DNA from: Minutocellus sp. GHC0000111 | Lineage: Eukaryota | Reading direction: 5' to 3' | NCBI GenBank assembly: GCA_977018835.1 | Contig: OZ361257.1 | Coordinates: forward strand, 4,154,001-4,218,000 | Length of the DNA: 64,000 nucleotides | Position numbers and translations under genes: made by a program | Notes under the pieces: model-generated | Told to the model about the DNA's origin: nothing | Seen by the model: only the letters and a program-made list of their open reading frames with translations | The model's database searches: none | Part shown: positions 1 to 8,709 of the stretch, one piece after another | Layout: each line of letters opens with the position of its first letter | Numbering within the stretch: position 1 is the stretch's first letter

Positions 1-911
1 ATGCCCTTCATATCAGCAGCTCCGTGCTTGCCCTTGCGATGACCGCCACCTCCTCCCATCACCTCGCGCTTGCGCTTCTTGCTTGGCAGATTGGATCTCA
101 CTTGGCCCATGTACTTCTTTACATTACCGGCATATTTCTGTGCTTCATCAATGTGAGGCTTGTTCGACACAATACCCTGCAAATCCGGATCGTCTGATTC
201 ATCATCCGATGGTATCCCATACGTTGTTGTGACGATGACCGATCCACCGAATTGATTCGTTGTCTCAGCATCGTTGTAGGTCTTTTTGGTCTCCTCTACT
301 TCTTCGTGATCATGTTTGCTCATCTTTCTCTTCTCTGACCTTTTGCGTTCAGTTGAGGATACCGATGCATCACCGTCATCTGATTCCCCTTCGCTATTAC
401 TAGCGCTTGCACTGCTATCGCTGTCATCGTCGTCATCATCGTCGTCGCCCTGTCCCTTGGCCAATCGCTTGAGCTTCTCGGCTTCTTCAATTTGTTCAAG
501 GCGGCTCTTTCTGTCTTCCTTCTTCCTTTCTAATTTCTCCTTGCGGTCCTTGACCTTTTGCATTGCCAAGCCAAACACCCGCCGTTCCTTCTTTCTTGCT
601 GACATTCCCGTGAGATATTCTCGTCTGGCTTCTGGATCGAAAGTAATTTCCAATTTTCGCCTGCCACCGAAGCCACCTCCATGACCGCGACCACCTCTGC
701 CTCTCCCGCCACCTCTGCCTCTCCCGCCTCTTCCGCCTCTGCCTTGCTTTTTGAAGCCGCCGCGTGAATTGCCTTCGAAGCCACCTCCATGACCGCGACC
801 ACCTCTGCCTCTCCCGCCACCTCTGCCTCTCCCGCCTCTTCCGCCTCTTCCGCCTCTGCCTTGCTTTTTGAAGCCGCCGCGTGAATTGCCTTCTCTGTTG
901 CCCCTGCCCAT
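1..911 (-). CDS. RRP17: Ribosomal RNA-processing protein 17 / nucleolar protein 12 (Nop25 domain) with N-terminal RGG tract; runs off the window start
   Basis: Manual translation from ATG at 911: MGRGNREGNSRGGFKKQGRGG...RRKLEITFDPEARREYLTGMSARKKERRVFG. This matches the Nop25 motif (FDxEARREYLTGxxxRK). An acidic tract follows. Absent from the ORF track because it has no stop inside the window. Confidence 0.85.
   Translation of the reverse strand, partial: MGRGNREGNSRGGFKKQGRGGRGGRGGRGRGGGRGRGGRGHGGGFEGNSRGGFKKQGRGGRGGRGRGGGRGRGGRGHGGGFGGRRKLEITFDPEARREYLTGMSARKKERRVFGLAMQKVKDRKEKLERKKEDRKSRLEQIEEAEKLKRLAKGQGDDDDDDDDSDSSASASNSEGESDDGDASVSSTERKRSEKRKMSKHDHEEVEETKKTYNDAETTNQFGGSVIVTTTYGIPSDDESDDPDLQGIVSNKPHIDEAQKYAGNVKKYMGQVRSNLPSKKRKREVMGGGGGHRKGKHGAADMKG
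669..893. repeat. Tandem duplication (108 bp + 117 bp units) encoding the RGG/GAR tract of RRP17
   Basis: 669-776 and 777-893 are identical except for one extra 9-bp unit in the second copy; frame is preserved. Confidence 0.95.
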
Positions 912-1210
912 GTTGCTTGCTTCAGAAATGGCCGAATTGGTGGAGCGCGAGAATGACTCATAACCTGATAGATCATCGATCGACGCCGGTGACTCACTGC
1001 CTCACCCGACTTTCGGAGAGTCTTCCTCATTACCGGTAATTCTATTTGCTTGATATCCCCAAACAGTAGATGTAAAGTAGGCAAAGACGTCAAAATCCAA
1101 TAGAAATGAGGAAGTGCACATTATGTGCTGCTTTCTCGAGCTCTTCAATAATCACAACCTGCAAACCCACCATCAATAATTCTATCCAAAATCTCTCTAA
1201 TATTAAGCTC

Positions 1211-1682
1211 CTACTCCTCAACACCCTCCTCCTTGGCCTGTGTCGGACTCTCATCAGACCCCTCAAGCATGTTGGCATCACTTGATGCCTCCTCCTCGTC
1301 GTCATCATCTTCTTGAAACCACGGAGCAATGCCAGCCTCCTCCCGATCGACGCCCAGTCGCTTCATCTGCCACTGTCCCAAGACACTGGCACTCTGGATG
1401 GGACTCCACCCTCTCACGGTGCCCTGCAAGTAATAATAATCATCGGCATTGCCCGCAAAAATGCGCTTGCCGAACCATCCCCCGAAACTTTCCTTGGATA
1501 TGCTAAAGAATTGATTGGGCACATCCACGCTCCACTTGCCCTTTCCACCGTCGCCCCAGATGGCCACGTTGGTCGGCGTCGATCCCGGTCCACCGCCATT
1601 GTCGTCGACGATCAGCCGCACCCACGTCTCCTTGATGACGTCCTCGTTGTCGTTCCATACGATGCCAATCTTCCATTCCGAA
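1211..1682 (-). pseudogene. 3' fragment of a hypothetical protein gene (5'-truncated)
   Basis: Protein-like ORF (...WKIGIVWN...WGDGGKGKW...YYLQGTVRGWSP...GQWQMKRL plus acidic tail). Its 5' end runs directly into an opposite-strand gene fragment. Confidence 0.55.
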
Positions 1683-2569
1683 CGGAGGTTCCCAAATGTT
1701 GAAAAGTTGAACATTCTGTGTCTTCTTGAACGGGCAGGAACATTCTATTACGGTGACGAACAGTTCACCATTTCGCTGGAGGCCGCCCATTCCACTCCTT
1801 CATTCCTCTCCGCCTTTCCGAGGTTGAAAACGGCGTTTGTGGGAGGAAGACTGAAAGATGACGAGAACGAGATTCTTGATGAAGTGTATAAGCCGTACGT
1901 ATGTATTGGTCCTGAGGGGCATGAGGAGATCATTCGCGGGCTTATTTTTACGACAACGGGTGCATTCATGTCGGGCCTGCTCTCTTCTAATATGTCGATG
2001 ATGAATGGGATCAATCCCTACTCTTGGAGCGCGGTAAGGCCATGCCGCCTTAACCCCACGGAAGCATGCGCTCATTGCAGGTTTCTTTGCAAGCACATGC
2101 CAGTTTTGCACATGTTAGGAGGATCAGGATGGTATACGGCAGATTGCTTCTGTCTACAAGAGCACGAGTTTTGGGAAATCATCGGAGAGTGTCCAGGGGG
2201 GAAGGAGGCAATAGAGGATAACAACGAAGGTGGTCTTTCTTCTTGCAGAAATATCTGAAGGAAGTAACCGCTCTGAAAGGAATAACACAAGAGAGAGCCA
2301 GGCTGATTATGACGAAACACTCCCACACCTGGGCTGATACTCGGTTTTGGGGTCTTTCCAAATTCGCCTTTGATGAACTCGACAAAGTGATCGAAGCTGG
2401 ACTTGATCCGGGAAGGATTCAAAAGGAAAACTTCTTCGACAGATTCAATACTTACATGAATGATGGCGCGTCCAGACTGAATATATGGACCAAATCCACA
2501 GTGATTGGACTGGAAAGTAGTGGCTTTCCTGTCAGCTGCGACGACATCATTACTGTTGATGATTCATAA
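1683..2569 (+). pseudogene. 5'-truncated, frameshifted member of an F-box-like diatom family (paralog of 47744-48880)
   Basis: Colinear motifs shared with the 47.7-48.9 kb gene: RRFPNVEKLNILCLL/SRFRGVEGASIACIF, FLSAFPRL/FITNFPVL, GAFMSGLLS/GAYASSLLS, CAHC/CPHC, PGGKEAI/QGGRDLL. The N-terminal F-box-like part is missing. A frameshift near 2243 joins ORFs 1515-2258 and 2243-2569. Confidence 0.7.
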
Positions 2570-2841
2570 ATAAGTTTAGACTGCAGGTTTTCAGACCTTA
2601 TCATCGCATTTTTGCATTTATTGATTGCTACGTTGCCAATCATAAATTGAAATGGGACAGATACAACTCGGGCGTCAACGGAGAGAGAACTCAAGTCAGC
2701 CAAGCCTCGCCACGCACGCAGTCAACGCCCCATGATGCATGGGAAAACGCGAGCGACGGCAACACAAGCCGAAACTGAGCTCAGAGTCGAAGAGGCAGCC
2801 GGCCAACGCACCCTCTCCCCTCCTAGCTACGTACTTTCCCG

Positions 2842-4074
2842 ATGGATTCAACCATGCCCGTCCGCAGAACAACCGACCACTTCGACTCCGCCAGGCGGTC
2901 CAAGGGCTCGCTTGCTATGGCTGCTGCTCTGTGCGCCTCGCAAACCTCCGTATCGCTCGTGTCGGCCTACAACGGTGGCGGCGGCAGCGGCAATGCCCGG
3001 AATGGCAACGGCTACAACTCGGTGTCCCCGTGGGGACCCAACAGCGAACAAGCCCTGCGGCAGCAGCGGACGCAGTACGCCAACTACGGAGACAACAGCG
3101 CTGCCTTCTACCCCGATCAAATGAGAGACCGCGGCGGGCAGCTGGCCAACTACGAAGCTCCCAACAACAATAACGTCAATGACGCCTCGTTCGGGGACAA
3201 TGCGGCAGCGGCATATGGCAACCCCGAACAGAGGCGGATTCAGGGAGGGTCCCGTCGGCAGTACGGGGCGTACGGGACCCGCTCCCACGTCCACCTGTCG
3301 ACCGACGGCGGCCGGCCGATGGACTCGCGCGTGCAACTGTGGGATGGACCGGATAACACCTCCCACACCGTCCGGGTGTGGAGCGAGGACGGCACCGGCC
3401 GACCGATGGACATTGGGATGGAGCGGATGGACCGATGGGGCGGCGGCGGCGCGCATGGCGGATATCGCAACGGCAGCGTCGACGTGCGGAATCGCGGGCC
3501 GATGGAGTATCCCATCCAGGCCGGGGTGAGCCACCGTCCCCACCAGCGGCAGCAACAGGTGTATGCACCACCCTCGCCGTCACGAGGAGCATTCGGAAGT
3601 GGACGGAGAATGGCGGCAGGCGGAGAAACGATCCAGGGAGGCACCGTCCGCCATTTCACCATAAACCCCACCGTGTCCTCCGTCCGCGTCACCCTCGAGA
3701 GCGACGGCCTGCCCATCAAGGCGTTGGTGGAACTTTTGCAGGGTCCCGGCCGTGTGGCGCAGCTGGCCGAGGTGTACAACCAGCACGGCAGGACGTTCGT
3801 GGCCACCCTCCCCACGCCCGGGTATGGGTCGACCATTGCCGTTAGGAACGACGGGCCGATGGAGTACCCGTTCTATGCCAGTGTGGAACCCATGTCGATG
3901 GAGGGGGGTGCTGCTAGTATGGGTGCTGGCATGGGTATGGGTGGAGGAGGAAATCGACATGGAGACCATGTGAGCGGAGGCAGCTACGGAGGGGGCGGGT
4001 ACAACGGTGGATACGGCTACAGCAATGGCAGTGGTGGCGGCACCGGTGGTTATGGTGGATATCAGTACAACTAA
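2842..4074 (+). CDS. Algal protein of unknown function with an internally duplicated ~90-aa domain and Gly/Tyr-rich termini; possibly secreted
   Basis: 410-aa ORF with two copies of IQGG...(TDGGRP/SDGLP)...L(WD/LQ)GP...VRNxGPMEYP and a GGYG-rich C-terminus. Possible signal peptide from Met at 2917. Confidence 0.8.
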   Translation: MDSTMPVRRTTDHFDSARRSKGSLAMAAALCASQTSVSLVSAYNGGGGSGNARNGNGYNSVSPWGPNSEQALRQQRTQYANYGDNSAAFYPDQMRDRGGQLANYEAPNNNNVNDASFGDNAAAAYGNPEQRRIQGGSRRQYGAYGTRSHVHLSTDGGRPMDSRVQLWDGPDNTSHTVRVWSEDGTGRPMDIGMERMDRWGGGGAHGGYRNGSVDVRNRGPMEYPIQAGVSHRPHQRQQQVYAPPSPSRGAFGSGRRMAAGGETIQGGTVRHFTINPTVSSVRVTLESDGLPIKALVELLQGPGRVAQLAEVYNQHGRTFVATLPTPGYGSTIAVRNDGPMEYPFYASVEPMSMEGGAASMGAGMGMGGGGNRHGDHVSGGSYGGGGYNGGYGYSNGSGGGTGGYGGYQYN

Positions 4075-4125
4075 AAGGTGAACCAGAATACATACGAAAC
4101 ATTCACACATACACATATATTGCTC

Positions 4126-4554
4126 CTAATAAGACCCCTCGGAGTCACTGCTGGAATCATCCTGCTCTGCGCCTTCTTCGAGATCAGTATCGAAATGAAT
4201 TCCGTTCTTGAGGATTCTGGAACGGGTCCTGTTGTCCCACCCAGCAAGAATGTCAAACACCTGCAGTTGCTCGTTTCCTTGGTCACTCTCTGTTAGGGCG
4301 GAACTAACAACGGCAAGGTACCTCCACGAAACTTGAGGGAACCACATGCTCACCCGTTCGCGTTCCATTGCACCAATCAAGCCCTCCTCTTCGCACATCC
4401 CCTTTGCTAGGTCAGCAGTTATGGTTTCAATGGTGTTGACCCGGTCGGGTTCTGGCAATGGCATTGATTGGAGATGCTGTTGGTCGTTGTCGGCTCGGCC
4501 CATCGGCATGTGACTGCTTGACACCTGAATCGAATCAGTCGAACATGTCGTCAA
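4126..4554 (-). CDS. Hypothetical protein or gene remnant
   Basis: 142-aa ORF with protein-like composition and an acidic tail; no recognisable domain. Confidence 0.3.
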   Translation of the reverse strand: MTTCSTDSIQVSSSHMPMGRADNDQQHLQSMPLPEPDRVNTIETITADLAKGMCEEEGLIGAMERERVSMWFPQVSWRYLAVVSSALTESDQGNEQLQVFDILAGWDNRTRSRILKNGIHFDTDLEEGAEQDDSSSDSEGSY

Positions 4555-4711
4555 GGGCCACCACGTACGTTGCTGACTTCAGAGAGCACTTGCATGGCTG
4601 CGCGAAATGGAACTGGAGAGCGGCGAGAGGCGAGACCGAGGAGCCGACAATTCTTATTGGGTGAGGCTGGGTGACTAGACATCATCCATATACCACGCGG
4701 GCACTGCCATC

Positions 4712-5689
4712 ATGTACCAAAGAGGTTCAATTCTCGCCGTGACTCTCATCGCGATTGCCCGCCAAAGAACCGGCGTCTCTGCCTTCTCTTCAATGACAAT
4801 GTCCTCTTCGACCACCAGTGGTTCAGGACTGTGGACCCCAATTGCCATAGATGCGGCAAGAAAGTTCACCGTAACACAACGGGAAAAGTTGGACCAACTG
4901 GGTGCACTCGACAAGGAATTTGGGCCAGTTCAGATTGTGGGCGAGCCCGTCGACTCGCCTGACACAGTAGACAGTGACAGTGAAGACGATACGACAATAT
5001 GCACCAAAATAATTCACTTTCAAAGGCACAGGCAGGGCTATCACAATTTGATCTGCGATATGTGGCGTGAAGCTGGCAGACCGATTGACTTTGATTCGCC
5101 TGACCCTGAGCTAAATCCTGTAACGCGTACCGAAATGGTGGACCCGCCGCTCACGGAGCTTGGCAGGAGGCAATGTAGTTCAGTGAGAGAAGAGTGCAGT
5201 AAGCTTTCGCCGGAGATTGTAATTGTATCTCCACTGTTGAGATGCATCCAAACTGCCAAGCTATCTTTTCGTGATCACGCTGATACAACTGTGACACCAT
5301 GGGTATCTCACGAAGGTTGTCGCGAAGAACTGGGGCTTCTGACTGGAAACAAGCGTCGTCCGATTTCAGCGATACGTGACGATTATCCCGAGATTGATTT
5401 TGCAGCCATCGAACACGATGAAGACGAGCTATGGGATGCATATGGAGATCGCAGGGAAACACTGTTGGAAAAGTCAGATCGGATATATGACTTTCTTACT
5501 TCCTTTGTGATGCAAAGGCCAGAATCAGAAATTGCTGTGGTGTCGCATTCAGCATATCTATTTTCACTGTTGAATGCTGTAATGGACATCGAAGACGAAG
5601 ACTTGCGGTCCTGGTTCTTGACAGGAGAAGTGCGATCGCTCAAAGTCACTTATCGCAAAAGAAAAAGTAGCGACGATAGAAAGAGGTAA
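4712..5689 (+). CDS. Phosphoglycerate mutase-like histidine phosphatase, probably plastid-targeted
   Basis: Motifs IIHFQRH(R)QGYHN, DPPLTELGRRQ, VSPLLRCIQTA and IAVVSHS. Signal peptide with VSA-F cleavage motif. The canonical RHG reads RHR. Confidence 0.85.
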   Translation: MYQRGSILAVTLIAIARQRTGVSAFSSMTMSSSTTSGSGLWTPIAIDAARKFTVTQREKLDQLGALDKEFGPVQIVGEPVDSPDTVDSDSEDDTTICTKIIHFQRHRQGYHNLICDMWREAGRPIDFDSPDPELNPVTRTEMVDPPLTELGRRQCSSVREECSKLSPEIVIVSPLLRCIQTAKLSFRDHADTTVTPWVSHEGCREELGLLTGNKRRPISAIRDDYPEIDFAAIEHDEDELWDAYGDRRETLLEKSDRIYDFLTSFVMQRPESEIAVVSHSAYLFSLLNAVMDIEDEDLRSWFLTGEVRSLKVTYRKRKSSDDRKR

Positions 5690-5732
5690 TATGCTGATTT
5701 CATGAGTTTACTAAAATGAAAATCTCGTTGCA

Positions 5733-6788
5733 TCACACTGTATTTTTGCGTAAGCCATCGCCATGGTCAAGATCTATCTCTACCCCTTTTGCCTCCCTCC
5801 TCAACACAAGCTCAACAATGGCTTGTCCCATCCCTTTCCCAACGAGCCAATAAGCCTCGGCGTTATTATTCCAATGGTAACCAAGATCAGATGGAGAAGC
5901 AGGATATGGATCTCTACAAAATGGCCTTGTATCTACTGTGGCCACCGTTCCATCAAATTCAGGATATTTGGTGAGATCGGAAACCGCCATCTGTGCGGCT
6001 ACAATGTCTGCTCTCCGCCCTGGCTCATATCCAGCCATGCCAGATGCACCAATCGATATGGGCAGATCTTGCACGTCCAAATCCAGTCGAATATCCCGTA
6101 TCAGATTGGCAAGATTGTATTCGTACTCTGCAGTCATGTTCAAATCGCACCCATCGTTCCATCCCTGATGCCAGGCGAATCCTGACAACTTGACGGGTCT
6201 GCCATCTTCGTGAGGAAAGTATCCAGTAACGTTTGACAGTGTAGCCTTGACGTTGGCAATCATCGACTGATAGTAGGGACCGACGGTTCCACCCGAGCTC
6301 GGAGGACGAAAATCCTCTGCCAGCGACTTTCCGCCCCATGCAATCTTCATGAGCAAAATCTTATCTCTCTTATGACGATTCAGACCATTACCGATGGCCC
6401 ATCCGAATCCTAGCTCGGGTCCGATCTGGTACTGGCCCTGATCACCACCGCATAAACTGGCGTGAAGATTCCCATAATCGGACATGACGGGGAGCAGATC
6501 GTCGCGTCGGTTACATGCCATGAGCACATCTTTGCGGGTGGTCCAGGTGCCAGTCTTGTCATCTTGGAGCAAGCCGTACTGGTCCGGCACATTGTCTACC
6601 AACCATTGTAAGGTGGCGTTCTTTTCACTTCCTGTATCGTCGTCGATGGCCGTGATGACTCCATGGCCGACCATGTTACTTTGACCGACCAGCACAAACA
6701 CACGGAGGGGATGCTTGAATTTGGGCGCGGCATCGGAATACACTGTCTGGGAGAAGAGAGCGGCGAAGAGTAGCGTCAAATGCAGCAT
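5733..6788 (-). CDS. Secreted sialate O-acetylesterase (SASA/DUF303, SGNH hydrolase)
   Basis: Motifs VFVLVGQSNMVG, GPELGFG, KIAWGGKSL, WHQGWND and GYHWNNNAE. Signal peptide MLHLTLLFAALFSQ; no intron. Confidence 0.88.
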   Translation of the reverse strand: MLHLTLLFAALFSQTVYSDAAPKFKHPLRVFVLVGQSNMVGHGVITAIDDDTGSEKNATLQWLVDNVPDQYGLLQDDKTGTWTTRKDVLMACNRRDDLLPVMSDYGNLHASLCGGDQGQYQIGPELGFGWAIGNGLNRHKRDKILLMKIAWGGKSLAEDFRPPSSGGTVGPYYQSMIANVKATLSNVTGYFPHEDGRPVKLSGFAWHQGWNDGCDLNMTAEYEYNLANLIRDIRLDLDVQDLPISIGASGMAGYEPGRRADIVAAQMAVSDLTKYPEFDGTVATVDTRPFCRDPYPASPSDLGYHWNNNAEAYWLVGKGMGQAIVELVLRREAKGVEIDLDHGDGLRKNTV

Positions 6789-7057
6789 CTTGACTGATGG
6801 GAATAAGTCTACAGCTGCCATCTGCAGAGCACCCGGCCATCCATCCGGCCATGCATCGCCGGCCAGTCAGGCGCCACAAAGCCGGAGCAAGCGATTTTCC
6901 TCACCCCGAAAAATAAATGCGCCAAGGATAGAGGGGTCTTTCATCTGACATTGGCCAACGTCGACGTCGATGGCCGTGCCGATGAGAATTCTTGCTGGGG
7001 TAGATAGATTGCTGGGGCAGATTAGAGTATCGTAGCAGCTCATGCTCACTCAATTTT

Positions 7058-8278
7058 ATGGATAATATGTCCTCGTTTCACGACATATTGCTGCAACAGA
7101 TTGTTCCTGCCCTCGGCGTGTGCACCGGAACGTTCATGTCGTTCGCACCGTTCCGTGCCGTCCTGCAAGCCTCTCGCGATGGACATTTGGGAGACCTCAA
7201 CCCAACACCCTGGGCCTTTATGTTGGGCAATGCAGTAGGTTGGTTAGCCTATTCATTTATGATCGAAAATATATACGTTTTTCTTCCAAATGCGCCTAGC
7301 TTTATTCTGGCCATTTGGTTAAATATCCAGGCGATCAAACTACAATATGAGAACTTTCGTTCAAACGAGCTACAAAATGCAATCATTGCAGCGTTGGAGG
7401 AGCAAAGCAAGAAGAAATTGAAAGTTGAAGAAGTCGAACAGCTTGTGGAGAGCGTGGTCGCAGAGGAAGTCGCTGCTGCTGATATACTACTACCAATGAG
7501 CACGGCACCAATAATGGCGGATGAGGAAATGCCAAATGTTGGCAGATCTCGTTCGAATACATTTGACCCATCCTTCTTCCAGTCAAAGACACCTCCAGCT
7601 CGCGCCAATTCATTCCATACTACTTACTCGTCTACCACAAGCTCTACTTCCAGTCCATCCATTGCATCTCGCATAGAAGGGCAAAAATCTCATGTCATTA
7701 ATGTAGCCGACGACAATCGCGATGAAAGAGATGATGGCGCCACGACAGTATTTGAGGAGGCAGCCGACGCAATTGTAGATTATGCTTCTTTCATTTGGGA
7801 CATTGCCATCCAAAAGACTCCTGCACCGGCATCACACGAAATTATTGTGTTGTCCATCTCAACATTCTGGCTGGTGCTGATAACTATTGCAGCTCTTGGA
7901 AGGCCAATGTTGGATGAGAATTCTCGCACTTTGCTCATTGGACTGGCGGTCAATGCGAATTTCGTCTTCTTCTACGGCGCACCGTTATCAAAGATTGCCA
8001 CAGTAATAGAGTCCAAGGCATCTGGATCCATCCACATTCCTACCATGATTGCAAGTTTACTGAACGGGACATTGTGGCTTTGTTACGGCATCGCCGTCTC
8101 GGATTACTTTATTTCAGTCCCAAACGGCTTTGGATCTTTGCTTGGTATTGTTCAGCTGATTCTATGTGTATTGTATCCTCGACATGGTCATACGAGCAGG
8201 GAATCTGATGGCTCGATACCGGAGGCAATGTTTTATGAGAGCATCCATCTTCCAGAGGAGTCGGCGCCTCTGATTTAG
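7058..8278 (+). CDS. SWEET: SWEET (MtN3/saliva) sugar transporter with a long internal loop
   Basis: Two MtN3 halves: MSFAPF...LGDLNPTPWAFMLGNAVGWLAY...PN and FFYGAPL...SIHIP...NGTLWLCYG...VPNGFG. Confidence 0.88.
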   Translation: MDNMSSFHDILLQQIVPALGVCTGTFMSFAPFRAVLQASRDGHLGDLNPTPWAFMLGNAVGWLAYSFMIENIYVFLPNAPSFILAIWLNIQAIKLQYENFRSNELQNAIIAALEEQSKKKLKVEEVEQLVESVVAEEVAAADILLPMSTAPIMADEEMPNVGRSRSNTFDPSFFQSKTPPARANSFHTTYSSTTSSTSSPSIASRIEGQKSHVINVADDNRDERDDGATTVFEEAADAIVDYASFIWDIAIQKTPAPASHEIIVLSISTFWLVLITIAALGRPMLDENSRTLLIGLAVNANFVFFYGAPLSKIATVIESKASGSIHIPTMIASLLNGTLWLCYGIAVSDYFISVPNGFGSLLGIVQLILCVLYPRHGHTSRESDGSIPEAMFYESIHLPEESAPLI

Positions 8279-8709
8279 AACCGGATTTACTTGAATTAGT
8301 TCGGCATAGAGATGTATACCGTTATCTGATTTCTACACCATGCGTTTTTCATAGATTATGATTACAAAGAAAGAAGGAAGCAAGATATCTGGGCGTGCTT
8401 TCCTCGAACATGCACTAACTCAGTACCGTAGGTACGCGAACTCGTACAATCATTGTACTCCGTAGTCTAGCTACGTAGTACCGACGGACTCTGCGGTGAA
8501 CAAGGTTGTGCCACTTGCAAATCGGAGGTTTCCGCCCCTCGGCGAGACTTTGCTGCTTGTTCCTGCTGGCGCGATTGTCCCTGACTGTCGAATCTCGCCA
8601 TGCGGTAAGCGTTGAAGAAGGCAAAAGATTGTTGCCATTATGACTAAGCTTCAGTAGCGTTCCATAGCCCAAACCCTAGAGTTGCATTTATCTGGAAACA
8701 GAAGAAGCC

